Shown: positions 19,265 to 28,625 of the stretch, piece after piece
Layout of the letters: each line of letters begins with the position of its first letter
Position numbering within the stretch: the first letter of the stretch is position 1
NCBI GenBank assembly: GCA_040218735.1
Contig: JAVJQW010000041.1
Coordinates: 320,001 to 384,000, forward strand
DNA length: 64,000 nucleotides
Reading direction: 5' to 3'
Source: Deltaproteobacteria bacterium
Lineage (GTDB): Bacteria; Myxococcota; Kuafuiibacteriia; Kuafuiibacteriales; Kuafuiibacteriaceae
Position numbers and translations under genes: made by a program
The notes under the pieces: generated by a model
Database searches by the model: none
Told to the model about the DNA's origin: nothing
What the model saw: only the letters and a program-made list of their open reading frames with translations

Positions 19265-20410
19265 TCAGGGGATGACGCGCAAGACGCTCGCGAAGTTGTC
19301 CTGGCCGTTGCCCGTGTAGAGGTCGTCGCCGTCGGCGCCGTCGAGGTTGCCGGACAGGATGTAGCTGGCCGAGTCCGCTTCGGCCGCGAAGGCGGGGGCG
19401 TACTCGGCTTCCTCCGCGAGGTTGGCGTTGGTGCCTTGTGTGATCGCGAAGCGTACGTAGGTCGTTTGTGGGTTGCCGCTGACCGCGAAGTCATCGGCCG
19501 CGCTGCCCGAGTAGTTGCCGACGAGCACGCGAGCGCCGGGCTGCTTCGAGGCCCAGACGAGGTTCGGTGCGTTGCGGAACGTCGAGGTCCAGCTGCCGTT
19601 GCCGTGGGAGAGCGCGAGGCCGACCGTCGAGAAGCTGGCCGCCCCTGCGACGGCGACGTCGTCGTAGCCGTCGCCGTCGAAGTCACCCGCGACGAGCTGT
19701 GCGCCCGGTTGGGCCGCCCAGATCAAGAAGCTCGGCGCGTACCCGTACTGGACGACGAACGTGTTGCTGCTGTTCGACGAAAACGCAACGACGAGCGAGG
19801 ACCACGAGGCGCCGCCCGCGAGCACGAGGTCGTCGCGTCCGTTGGCGTCGAAGTCCCCCGCGGCGGCTTGCACGCCCGAGAACTGCGCCCAGTACGCAAA
19901 GAGGGCGGCCGACTTGAAGACCGGTGTGAACCCGCCGCCCGACTGGCCGTAGGCCACGGGGATGTTGGTCCAGCCGGAGCCGCCGACGAGCGCGATGTCG
20001 TCGCGTCCGTCCGCGTCGAAGTCGCCGACGACGGCCTGCTTGGCCTGGGTCACGGCCGTCGAGAAGGTGCCGGTGAGTGGGTAGAGCTCGACCAGCGGGA
20101 AGGTGCCGTTCGAGCTCTGGCTGTTGAACGCGACGGCGATCAGGTTCCAGCGCACGACCGCGAGGTCGTCGCGCCCGTTGCCGTCGAAGTCTCCGGTGAC
20201 GATTTCGAGGTTGTCCGTTGCGCCGATCAGCGCTCGGAAGGTGGTGTTGTTGTAGCCCCAGTTCTCCGGCCTGACGTAGAGCGCTTCGCTCGTCGTCCCG
20301 GTCTCCAGGGTCTCGGAGTCGGGGGCTTCACCGCCGCACGCGGGGTACAGGCCGAGCGCGAGGAGGGGGCAGAGGAGGGACGCGCCCGAGCGGCGCTTGT
20401 GTGTCTTCAT
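19265..20410 (-). CDS. FG-GAP/VCBS repeat lipoprotein
   Basis: Leader ending YPAC, then about six GDFDxxGxDD-type repeats. Confidence 0.85.
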   Translation of the reverse strand: MKTHKRRSGASLLCPLLALGLYPACGGEAPDSETLETGTTSEALYVRPENWGYNNTTFRALIGATDNLEIVTGDFDGNGRDDLAVVRWNLIAVAFNSQSSNGTFPLVELYPLTGTFSTAVTQAKQAVVGDFDADGRDDIALVGGSGWTNIPVAYGQSGGGFTPVFKSAALFAYWAQFSGVQAAAGDFDANGRDDLVLAGGASWSSLVVAFSSNSSNTFVVQYGYAPSFLIWAAQPGAQLVAGDFDGDGYDDVAVAGAASFSTVGLALSHGNGSWTSTFRNAPNLVWASKQPGARVLVGNYSGSAADDFAVSGNPQTTYVRFAITQGTNANLAEEAEYAPAFAAEADSASYILSGNLDGADGDDLYTGNGQDNFASVLRVIP

Positions 20411-20499
20411 GAAGTGAAGACCCGCGCGCATCGAGGGTGTGACCGAGAATGAGCGTAGGGACCTGAGCACGTGCTGGCGGGAGCGGCCCCAAACGCAGA

Positions 20500-20530
20500 A
20501 AGCCGGCTGGAGGTGGCCTCCAACCGGCTT
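20500..20530 (-). terminator. Intrinsic terminator-like hairpin downstream of the displaced tRNA 3' fragment
   Basis: AAGCCGGCTGGAGG-TGG-CCTCCAACCGGCTT stem-loop, followed on the minus strand by a T-rich stretch. Confidence 0.55.
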
Positions 20531-20544
20531 GAATTGCTGAGCTA

Positions 20545-20594
20545 TCGAGTGGGCGCAAGTGGCTTTGAACCACTGACCTCTACCGTGTCAAGGT
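20545..20594 (-). repeat. att site: 50-bp direct repeat of the tRNA-Val 3' portion
   Basis: TCGAGTGGGCGCAAGTGGCTTTGAACCACTGACCTCTACCGTGTCAAGGT is identical to 31437..31486. Confidence 0.95.
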
Positions 20595-20674
20595 GCGGTG
20601 GTGGTGCGCAATGACTGGTAAATAGCTGAAATGTTTGAGGTTGAGTGTCTCACGCTGTCTTGTGATGACTCTCC

Positions 20675-20709
20675 GGGTGTCGCCGTTGGCGACACCCCCG
20701 GCGACACCC
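20675..20709. repeat. Arm-type 10-mer cluster (GGGTGTCGCC + 2x GGCGACACCC)
   Basis: Copies at 20675 (inverted), 20688 and 20700. The same 10-mer occurs at 31347 (inverted) and 31364. Confidence 0.75.
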
Positions 20710-20768
20710 GCAGGTTCGACGCCCCGACGACCTTGCGCCGACACTCGAAGGCTCATGTACTGCGGCGC

Positions 20769-21656
20769 GTGCGATACCTCGTCCTGTTCTTCACGCTCCA
20801 AGGCTGCGTCACGCAAACGGCGGCGGCGTCCTCCGGCTTGGAGGCGCGATCGATAGGCGAGATCGTCGGCGTCGAGGCGACGACACAATCCGACGGCGTC
20901 GTTCGCGTCAGCCGAATGCGCGAAGATGTCGCCGTCACCGTCGAAGGCATGCCACTGGCGCCCCAGGCGGGATTGACGTCTTGGGCCGCGTTCATGCCCA
21001 CGGACCGGGGCGCGATGGTGATGGGAGACACCGTCGTGTTCGAGGACGAGGCGAGCGCCGCGATGGATGCAGCCTTCGCGCATGGCCTCGAGGTCACCGC
21101 CCTTCACAACCATTTCTTCTTCGATCGCCCCCCAGCGTTCTTCATGCATGTCGGAGGGCACGGCGAGGCCCTCGGTTTGGCCAAGGGGATTCGGGCCATG
21201 TGGGATGCGATCGCCGACGTGCGACGAAATCGAGCGCAGCCGGGGATGCTCGACGACCGAGCTGTCCCGGTGGGAGAGATCGACGCAGCCGCCCTCGCGA
21301 AGGTGCTGGAGTCGGAAGGCAAACATGCGGGGCCCACGGTGAAGTTCTCGTGGGGGCGCGAGGCGCGTATGCACGGAGTGCCTTTCTCGGGATCGATGGG
21401 CTTGTCGACGTGGGCGGCCTTCTCGGGCAGTGACGCCCTCGCCGCCGTGGACGGCGACTTTGCCATGACGTCCGCCGAGGTTCAGCCGGTGCTGCGCGCG
21501 TTGCGCAAAGGCAATATTCATGTGGTTGCGCTTCACAATCATATGATCGGAGAGGCGCCGGCCTACTATTTCGTCCACTACTGGGCCAAGGGGCCGGCGA
21601 TCGAGCTCGCCCGCAGTCTTCGAGGAGCGCTCGATGCCCAACGGAACGCTCGATGA
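20769..21656 (+). CDS. DUF1259 (LppY/LpqO-like) tandem-domain lipoprotein
   Basis: Two copies of the '[ST]WAAF...GD...ALHNH...H' unit. Probable GTG start with LQGC lipobox. Confidence 0.82.
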   Translation: MRYLVLFFTLQGCVTQTAAASSGLEARSIGEIVGVEATTQSDGVVRVSRMREDVAVTVEGMPLAPQAGLTSWAAFMPTDRGAMVMGDTVVFEDEASAAMDAAFAHGLEVTALHNHFFFDRPPAFFMHVGGHGEALGLAKGIRAMWDAIADVRRNRAQPGMLDDRAVPVGEIDAAALAKVLESEGKHAGPTVKFSWGREARMHGVPFSGSMGLSTWAAFSGSDALAAVDGDFAMTSAEVQPVLRALRKGNIHVVALHNHMIGEAPAYYFVHYWAKGPAIELARSLRGALDAQRNAR

Positions 21657-22336
21657 CGGTTCGCGGTCCCGACCGTCGTCGTTCGTCGTCCCAGCGATGG
21701 TCTCTACGCACCGACAGGAGCTGCGCCACGTTCGCGACCGTCGCATTGGCCGTGTCGATGATCTCATGCGTGCACGTCCGGGAGCTCGAGCTGGACTTCG
21801 AGGCGCATCGCACCGGGGCGGCGCCTCCGGGGATCGACTCAATCGCGGGTCATTGGACCCTGGTTCCGGACCACACGAGCCGCAACGCAGGCACCGTGCT
21901 CGCACAGCAGATGGAGACGACCGCAGAGCGCCATCATCTCGCGCTCATTCGTTCGTTGGATCTCTCAGATGCGCACATGCGCGTCGCCGTACGTGAGCAA
22001 GCAGGTGAGATATCCAGCGGTGGAGGCCTCGCTTTTCGTTGGGACGAAGGCGCTGGGTATGTTGTCTGGGTGGATGGAGTGTCGATGCGCGCGCGAGTCG
22101 ACGACGTGTCGGAATCTCATCGACGAACGCTCGGCCTCTGCGATGTCAGGCCCCCTGAACACGAGTGGTGGGTACTCGACCTCGTTGTGATCGATCGTTC
22201 TATTACCCTGCGAGTCGACGGTGAGCTTTGCGTGAGCATCGACGATGACGCCCATCAGCGTCGAGGCGGGATTGGCTTTGTCACGTTCGCCGATGCACGG
22301 ACACATTTTGATGATTTCGCGCTCGAGTCGAAGTAG
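21653..22336 (+). CDS. Exported concanavalin-like (DUF1080-like) protein
   Basis: ATGA overlap with the upstream gene. 'GGGLAFRW' and 'GGIGF...THFDDF' fit a beta-sandwich signature. Confidence 0.6.
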   Translation: MTVRGPDRRRSSSQRWSLRTDRSCATFATVALAVSMISCVHVRELELDFEAHRTGAAPPGIDSIAGHWTLVPDHTSRNAGTVLAQQMETTAERHHLALIRSLDLSDAHMRVAVREQAGEISSGGGLAFRWDEGAGYVVWVDGVSMRARVDDVSESHRRTLGLCDVRPPEHEWWVLDLVVIDRSITLRVDGELCVSIDDDAHQRRGGIGFVTFADARTHFDDFALESK

Positions 22337-22338
22337 CG

Positions 22339-22857
22339 CTAGTCCTCGACGACACTCACCTCGATGAAAGAGTATGAGTTCGATCCGTGATTGTGGACGT
22401 GAATATGAACGGGCGTCCCCACGCTGATTTCAGGTGCCGGCACACGCGGTGTGAATGCCTGCGCCTCCGCGGGAATCGGGATGCGCTCCTCCCAGATCGT
22501 GGAGCCGCCTACGGCGATCGCGACGTGGCTTTCACCGGATCCATTGAGCGCGAAGTGCCATAGCCGTAGGAGTAGCTCCTCCCCGGGGCAGACGTCGAGT
22601 GCGGACGGTTGAACCGCCGTGAGGTAATTGCAGTTCTGGGTGTCCACGCTGAAAACGGCTTCACCACCGAGGAACTCGGCGCCGTATCCGGTTCGAGGAG
22701 GGCAATCCACGTTTTCGAGCCGGTCCGTGAACGGATCGTCGCTGGCGTCCACGACGGTCCATCCGTCGTAGCTCACGAGAGGGCCCGGTTCGTGCGGGCA
22801 CCCGCACGCGGAAACCACGGTCAGGCTGACCACCGTGGAGAAGGTGCGAAGATTCAC
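22339..22857 (-). CDS. Hypothetical lipoprotein with C-terminal HxHxHNHG motif
   Basis: GTG overlaps the EamA stop. Leader ends VSAC; contains 'VHIHVHNHGSNSYSF'. Confidence 0.65.
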   Translation of the reverse strand: MNLRTFSTVVSLTVVSACGCPHEPGPLVSYDGWTVVDASDDPFTDRLENVDCPPRTGYGAEFLGGEAVFSVDTQNCNYLTAVQPSALDVCPGEELLLRLWHFALNGSGESHVAIAVGGSTIWEERIPIPAEAQAFTPRVPAPEISVGTPVHIHVHNHGSNSYSFIEVSVVED

Positions 22858-23894
22858 GATGGCCGCTCCTCGTCGTGTTCGTGTCGGTGATGGAGGTCCG
22901 GCTGGTGTTCGTGTGAATGGCGGACCGCATCGTGGGTATGCGCGTGCGAGTGCCAAGTCGAGGGCGCCGCGTCCGGGTGCGCGTGCTCGTGATGGTCGTC
23001 GTCGTGCCGGTGCCAGTGCGTATGTGTCGTCGGCACGTGTTCGTGTTCGTGGCCGTGACGCTCGCGGTTCCACAGCCAGATGGCGATCGCCATGAGCGCC
23101 GCCGCCAGCCACTGCATTCGCGTCATCGGCTCGCGGAGGACGACCCACGCGACGACGAGTCCCCACGCGGGCGCGGTGGAGAACACGAGCTGCGACCGCG
23201 TGGCACCGAGGTGCTGCGCGCCGCGAATATAGAGCAGGATGGAGACACCGTAGCTCGCGGCGCCGATGACGAGCGCGAGGCCGATCGACGCGGCCTCCGG
23301 TCGCCCATCGGAGAGGAGCAGCCCGAGCGAACCGTTGATCAATCCAGCCGCGATGCCCTTCGCGAACGTGACCTGCGCAGGCGTGAATCGATCGATGACT
23401 GAGGTCAGGTTGTTGTCGAGACCCCACGCGACGGCGGCGAGCGACACGAGGAGGACGGCATCGAGGCCCGCGCCGCTCCCGGGCGAGAGGATCGCGCTGC
23501 CCGCCAGGATCAGGCCGACCGCAATCCACGTTCTTCCGTGCAAGTGCTCGGCGAAGAAGATCCGGGCGATGAAGGCCGTCGAGACGGTCTCGAGGTTGAG
23601 CCACAGAGCCACCGAACCCGCCGGCGCGAGCGAGAGCCCGAAGAGCAGGAGGACCGGACCGATGACTCCGCCGAATAGGACGGCGCCGAGGAGGCAGAGC
23701 CAGTTCTTGCGATCCGCGGTCGTGAGTCGCGCGCGCTCGCGAACGGCCCCGGGCATCACCGCGACGGCAGCGCCGACGTAGAGGAGGCCGGAGAGGAGAA
23801 GCGGCGACATGGTGCCGAGCAGGTGCTTCGAGGCGGGCGTCGAGACGCCGAAGAGCGCCGCCGACAACAAACACCAGACGAGCGGCCGCATCAT
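22854..23894 (-). CDS. EamA/DMT transporter with His-rich C-terminal tail
   Basis: About 10 TM segments, 'WGLDNNLT', and tail 'HGHEHEH..THTHWHRHDDDHHEHAH...PDLHHRHEH'. Confidence 0.9.
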   Translation of the reverse strand: MMRPLVWCLLSAALFGVSTPASKHLLGTMSPLLLSGLLYVGAAVAVMPGAVRERARLTTADRKNWLCLLGAVLFGGVIGPVLLLFGLSLAPAGSVALWLNLETVSTAFIARIFFAEHLHGRTWIAVGLILAGSAILSPGSGAGLDAVLLVSLAAVAWGLDNNLTSVIDRFTPAQVTFAKGIAAGLINGSLGLLLSDGRPEAASIGLALVIGAASYGVSILLYIRGAQHLGATRSQLVFSTAPAWGLVVAWVVLREPMTRMQWLAAALMAIAIWLWNRERHGHEHEHVPTTHTHWHRHDDDHHEHAHPDAAPSTWHSHAHTHDAVRHSHEHQPDLHHRHEHDEERPS

Positions 23895-26800
23895 TCCGTC
23901 TCGCGCGCCTCGGAGCCCCACCGCTCGAAGATCACGGGCAACACGAAGATGGTCAGGACGGTCGACGACATCAGGCCGCCGAGGATCACAATTGCCATGG
24001 GGGCCTGGATTTCGTTGCCCGGTTGGTTACCGGCGATGGCGAGTGGGATCAGCGCGAGCGCGGCGGAGAGCGCCGTCATGAGGATAGGCGCCAGGCGATC
24101 GAGCGCACCTTCGACGATCAGCTCTCGACGTGACGCCCTTTCGCCCGTCAGGTGTTCGAAGCGACTGACCATGAGGATCCCGTTTCGCGTCGCGATGCCG
24201 AAGAGCGTGATGAACCCGACGAGCCCCGGGATCGTCAAAACGGCGGAGCTGGAGGCGACCGCGACGACGCCGCCGATCAGCGCGAGGGGCAGCGTCGCGA
24301 GCGTGAGGATCGCATTTCTGACCGAAGCGTACGCGAGCGTCAGGAGCAGGAGGATGCCGACGACGACCGCGATAGACAGTAGCAAGATCGTCCGCGCGGC
24401 CTTCTCGGCGCTCTCGAACTGCCCGCCGAGCTCGACATAGTAGCCTTCGGGGAAGCGCACGTTCGAGTCGAGTGCGACCTTCACATCGGCGACGATCGAT
24501 CCGATGTCGCGCCCTGCGACATTGGCCTGAACCACGAGCTTTCGCTGCACGTCTTCGCGCACGATCGTATTGGGGCCGCGCTCCTTCACGAGATCGGCGA
24601 GCACCCGCAGCGGGACGCGATGGCCCGAGGGCGTATCGATCGCGGTGGCCGCGATGGAGGCTTCACTCTCCCGCGCGTCGTCCGTGAGACGCGTGACGAT
24701 GGGAACCGTCCGCAGCTCGTCGACCACGACGCCGACTTGCCGTCCGGCGAATCGACCCTCGACCGCTTCTGCGAGGCGCCCCGGCGTCATCCCGAAGCGC
24801 GCGAGCGCTTGTCGGTCCGCACGGACCTCGAGCTCGGGGATCTCGACCTGTTGCTCGATGGAGACGTCGACGGCGCCATCCACCGACTCGACCGCCGCCT
24901 TCACTTGTTCGGCGAGGCCCCGGAGCACCGTCAGGTCCGAGCCGAAGATCTTCACCGCGAGCGCAGCGCGCGTGCCGGAGAGCATGTGATCGATCCGGTG
25001 GGACAGCGGCTGTCCCACGGTGACCACGCCACCCGGCACCCCGGCGAGCGCCTCACGGACGTCGGCGACGATCTCCTCCTTGCTTCGACCGGTCTCGGTC
25101 GCATCCAGGGTGACGTCGATCTCGGAAGCGCTCACGTCCTGCGCGTGTTCGTCGAGCTCGGCGCGTCCGGTGCGGCGCGTCGTGCTCTTGACCTCGGGTA
25201 TCGCGGCCATCGCCTGCTCCATGCGGCGCCCGAGTCGGTCCGATTCGGCGAGCGAAGTACCGGGGAGCGTCACCACGCTGACGGTCAGGGCGCCTTCGTT
25301 GAACTCCGGGAGGAACGACCGCCCGAGGAACGGCAGCACGGTCATGGCCACGATCACCGTGGCGCCCGCCGCCAGGAGCACGTCTCGTGAGTGGTCGAGA
25401 CAGAAACGCAGCGCGCGCCCGTAGCCGCGTTCGAGGTGTTCGAGGACCGGACCCTTCGACTCGCGCAGCGCCTTGTCGCTGTTCAGGAGGTACATCGACA
25501 TCGCCGGCGTGACGGTCACCGCGACCAGGAGCGAAGCGGCGATCGCGGTGACGTAGGCGAGGCCGAGCGGCGCCAACATTCGGCCTTCGAGACCGGACAG
25601 AAAGAATAGCGGCACGAACACCAAGATGATGATCAGCGTGGCGTAGAGGATCGCGGAGCGGACCTCGACCGAAGCGTCGTAGACGATGTCCGCCATCGAC
25701 CGCTGCTCGCTCTCGGGGAGGGCGCGGTTCTCGCGGAGTCGTTTGATGATGTTCTCGACGTCGATGATCGCGTCGTCGACCAGCGACCCGATCGCGATCG
25801 TGAAACCTCCCAACGTCATCGTGTTGAGTGTGATGCCCATGATCTCGAGCACGAACACGCCGACGACCAAGGAGAGCGGCAATGCCACCAGCGAGATAAC
25901 GGTCGCCCGCCAATTGAGGAGGAAGATGAGCAGGATCAGCGCGACGAGGATCGCGCCGTCGCGGAGCGCGACGGAGACGTTCTCCACCGCGCGTGAGATG
26001 AACGTCGCTTGTCGGAACACCTGACGATTGATCGAGAGGCCCGACGGGAGCGACTTCTGAATGTCGTCGAGGACACCGTCGATGCGCGCGGTCAGCTCCA
26101 ACGTATTGGCGTTCGGCTGCTTGAGTACCGCCATCACGACCGAAGGCTTCGCGTCGGTAGAGGCCGTGCCACGCTTGAGCTTCGGTCCTCGCTCCACAAC
26201 CGCGACCTGTTGGACGGTGATCGGATCGCCGTTGCGTACCGCCACGACCGTGCTGCCGATCTCTTGGGCGTTCTTCGAACGGCCGAGGACGCGGAGGAGG
26301 TACTCTTGTCCGCCTTCGACGTAGAACCCACCCGAAGCGTTCTCGCTCCCGAAGCGCAGCGCGTGTTCGACGGCCTCGAAAGTCACGCCCGTCGCCGCGA
26401 GGGCTTCGGGCCGAACGAGCACCTGGTACACCTCGACCTCGCCGCCGATCGGGATCACCTGCGAGACTCCGCGGACCGAGAGCAGTCGCTTACGAATCTG
26501 CCAATCAGCGACGCGCCGTGCGGTCATCAGCTTCTCGAGCGTCGGTTCGTCGGGCTGCACGGAGAGGAACAGGATCTCGCCCATCACCGACGAGATCGGC
26601 GCGAGCGTCGGCGTGAGCTCAGCGGGGAGCTGCGTACCGACGAGCTGGAGCTTCTCGTTGACGATCTGCCGAGCGCGATGGATGTCTTCGCCCCACTCGA
26701 ACTCCGCCCACACGATCGAGATGCCAACGCCCGACGCGGATCGCACGCGCCGGATCCCCGGGGCGCCGTTGAGCGCGCTCTCGATCGGGAACGTCACGAG

Positions 26801-26986
26801 TGTCTCGACCTCCTCCGGCGCGAGCCCATGGCTCTCCGTGAGGACGGTGACGGTGGGGGCCGTCAGATCGGGAAAGACGTCGACCGGGAGCTCGAGGGTG
26901 CTGCGGATCCCGAGCACCAGCGCGACCACGGCAAACGCGAGCACCACCAGGCGGTGGGCGACGGACCAGCGAATCAGTGCATTCAT
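23891..26986 (-). CDS. CusA/CzcA-family heavy-metal RND permease
   Basis: 1031 aa. 'LPVDVFPDL', 'IGSLVDDAIIDVEN', 'GIATRNGI', 'RLAPILMTA'. Confidence 0.95.
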   Translation of the reverse strand: MNALIRWSVAHRLVVLAFAVVALVLGIRSTLELPVDVFPDLTAPTVTVLTESHGLAPEEVETLVTFPIESALNGAPGIRRVRSASGVGISIVWAEFEWGEDIHRARQIVNEKLQLVGTQLPAELTPTLAPISSVMGEILFLSVQPDEPTLEKLMTARRVADWQIRKRLLSVRGVSQVIPIGGEVEVYQVLVRPEALAATGVTFEAVEHALRFGSENASGGFYVEGGQEYLLRVLGRSKNAQEIGSTVVAVRNGDPITVQQVAVVERGPKLKRGTASTDAKPSVVMAVLKQPNANTLELTARIDGVLDDIQKSLPSGLSINRQVFRQATFISRAVENVSVALRDGAILVALILLIFLLNWRATVISLVALPLSLVVGVFVLEIMGITLNTMTLGGFTIAIGSLVDDAIIDVENIIKRLRENRALPESEQRSMADIVYDASVEVRSAILYATLIIILVFVPLFFLSGLEGRMLAPLGLAYVTAIAASLLVAVTVTPAMSMYLLNSDKALRESKGPVLEHLERGYGRALRFCLDHSRDVLLAAGATVIVAMTVLPFLGRSFLPEFNEGALTVSVVTLPGTSLAESDRLGRRMEQAMAAIPEVKSTTRRTGRAELDEHAQDVSASEIDVTLDATETGRSKEEIVADVREALAGVPGGVVTVGQPLSHRIDHMLSGTRAALAVKIFGSDLTVLRGLAEQVKAAVESVDGAVDVSIEQQVEIPELEVRADRQALARFGMTPGRLAEAVEGRFAGRQVGVVVDELRTVPIVTRLTDDARESEASIAATAIDTPSGHRVPLRVLADLVKERGPNTIVREDVQRKLVVQANVAGRDIGSIVADVKVALDSNVRFPEGYYVELGGQFESAEKAARTILLLSIAVVVGILLLLTLAYASVRNAILTLATLPLALIGGVVAVASSSAVLTIPGLVGFITLFGIATRNGILMVSRFEHLTGERASRRELIVEGALDRLAPILMTALSAALALIPLAIAGNQPGNEIQAPMAIVILGGLMSSTVLTIFVLPVIFERWGSEARETE

Positions 26987-26996
26987 CGGATCGACC

Positions 26997-28625
26997 TCAG
27001 TGCGCGTGGCCGTGCGCCGGCGTCGAACCGGCGCTGGACGCGAGCTTGATCTCGTACGCGCCGCGACTCACCACGCGGTCTCCGGGTTCGAGGCTGCTCA
27101 GGATCTGCACGAAGCCGCCTGAGCGGACGCCGGGCCGAACGCGGCGTCGCACGAACGTCTCGCCGTCCTGCATCAGGAACACCGATGGGTGGCCTCCGTC
27201 GTCGACGATGGCCGCCTCGGGAATCGCCAACCCTTTGACGGTGTCGCCCGAGTAGACGGTGACCTTCGCGAACATGCCCGGCTTGAGCAGGCGGTCCGGG
27301 TTGTCGATGGAGAAGATGAGCGGCACCGTCCGCGAGATCTCGTCGACCACGGGGCCCACTGCGATGCGCTCACCGTGCAGCGACTCCGTCTCGAACGCGC
27401 GGTCGAGACCCGACACGGTGAACGCGGCGCCGGGCGCGTCGCGCACGGTGACGGCGTCGTCTTCGTAGACGCGCGCCTCCAGCCAGAGGTGGTCGGTATC
27501 GACGATCGAGATCAATCGCTCGCCGGCCTCGACGATCGCGCCGGGCGTGATGTCGGCCGACGCGATCTCTCCGTCGATCGGAGAAGTGAGCGCGAAGCGT
27601 GAGGCGACCGCGCCACCACGCTGTGCGCTCCGCAGCGTCGACGCCCGTTTGCCGGCGGCGCGGACGCGCGCCTCGGCGACCTTCAGGCTGCTCTCCGCCT
27701 CGTGGAGTCGCTTCGCCGGGAGGGCCTTCGCCTCCACGAGCGCACGGATGCGTTCGCGTTCGCGCTCCGCGTGCGCCAACTCGGTCCGAGCCTCTTCGAC
27801 CGCGAACTCGATCGTCGCGGGATCTTCTACGACGGCCGCGCCGAGCGGAGCCACCTGGAGGAGCACCTGTCCCGCCTTCACTTTCATGCCCACGTGCGGC
27901 ACCGGGCCCGGCGTGACGAGGCGCCCGCGGACGGGGGCGGACAGCTCGGCCGACTTGCCGGGCACCGGCTTCAGCTTTCCGTTCGCGTACACACCACCTC
28001 GCATCACACGAGGTTCGACCAAGACCGTGGCGTAGTCGGTCTTCCACTGCGACTCCTTCAGGAAGGAGATCGTCGGCTCGCTGTCCTCCTCTTCGACGAT
28101 GCCTTGCTTGGCCGCTTCGGCGGACGGAAACACCGTCACTTCGCCGAGGTCGATGGTCCCGGTCGCCTGACGGCCCTCCAGCGTGAGGCTGAAGGGCTTC
28201 TTGCCCGGCGTGGTCGGCGTGACGATCGGGAGGAAGACGCCGGCGCGCGCGGGCGCCTCCGCGACGAACGTCTCCGCCCCGAGCTTGACGGTCACGCGAC
28301 CCTCGGTCACCGCGGCGAATGCGTTCGGGTTCGAGGTGACCGTGAAGTGCGCGATGAGCTTCGACGAGTGCCCCTGAACGAGCGCCGGATACTCCATGAA
28401 GAGCTCGAGGTCCGACTGGTATAGCGTGACGACCACGGTCGGCCGGTCGTCTTCGGGCGCGTCGTGGCCGTGCCCGTGTCCTTCGTCGTGACCGTTGCCC
28501 TCGCCCTCGTGCGGGTGTTCGTGCCCACCACCACCACCGTGCGAGTGACCTTGGTCGCCGTGGTCGTGGTCGTGGCACGCCGCCACGAGGATGCCGAGGA
28601 GGATCGCGGTTCGTGAGAGTCTCAT
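26997..28625 (-). CDS. RND periplasmic adaptor (CzcB/CusB-like) lipoprotein with His-rich N-terminus
   Basis: VAAC lipobox, HDHDHG...HGHGHD, 'LTSPIDG', 'LKPGMFAKV', C-terminal HGHAH. Confidence 0.92.
   Translation of the reverse strand: MRLSRTAILLGILVAACHDHDHGDQGHSHGGGGGHEHPHEGEGNGHDEGHGHGHDAPEDDRPTVVVTLYQSDLELFMEYPALVQGHSSKLIAHFTVTSNPNAFAAVTEGRVTVKLGAETFVAEAPARAGVFLPIVTPTTPGKKPFSLTLEGRQATGTIDLGEVTVFPSAEAAKQGIVEEEDSEPTISFLKESQWKTDYATVLVEPRVMRGGVYANGKLKPVPGKSAELSAPVRGRLVTPGPVPHVGMKVKAGQVLLQVAPLGAAVVEDPATIEFAVEEARTELAHAERERERIRALVEAKALPAKRLHEAESSLKVAEARVRAAGKRASTLRSAQRGGAVASRFALTSPIDGEIASADITPGAIVEAGERLISIVDTDHLWLEARVYEDDAVTVRDAPGAAFTVSGLDRAFETESLHGERIAVGPVVDEISRTVPLIFSIDNPDRLLKPGMFAKVTVYSGDTVKGLAIPEAAIVDDGGHPSVFLMQDGETFVRRRVRPGVRSGGFVQILSSLEPGDRVVSRGAYEIKLASSAGSTPAHGHAH

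Noticed and set aside
20545-20594. Second tRNA-Val gene
   Set aside because: Only the 3' portion is present; the D-arm and 5' acceptor strand are missing. It is an att duplication.
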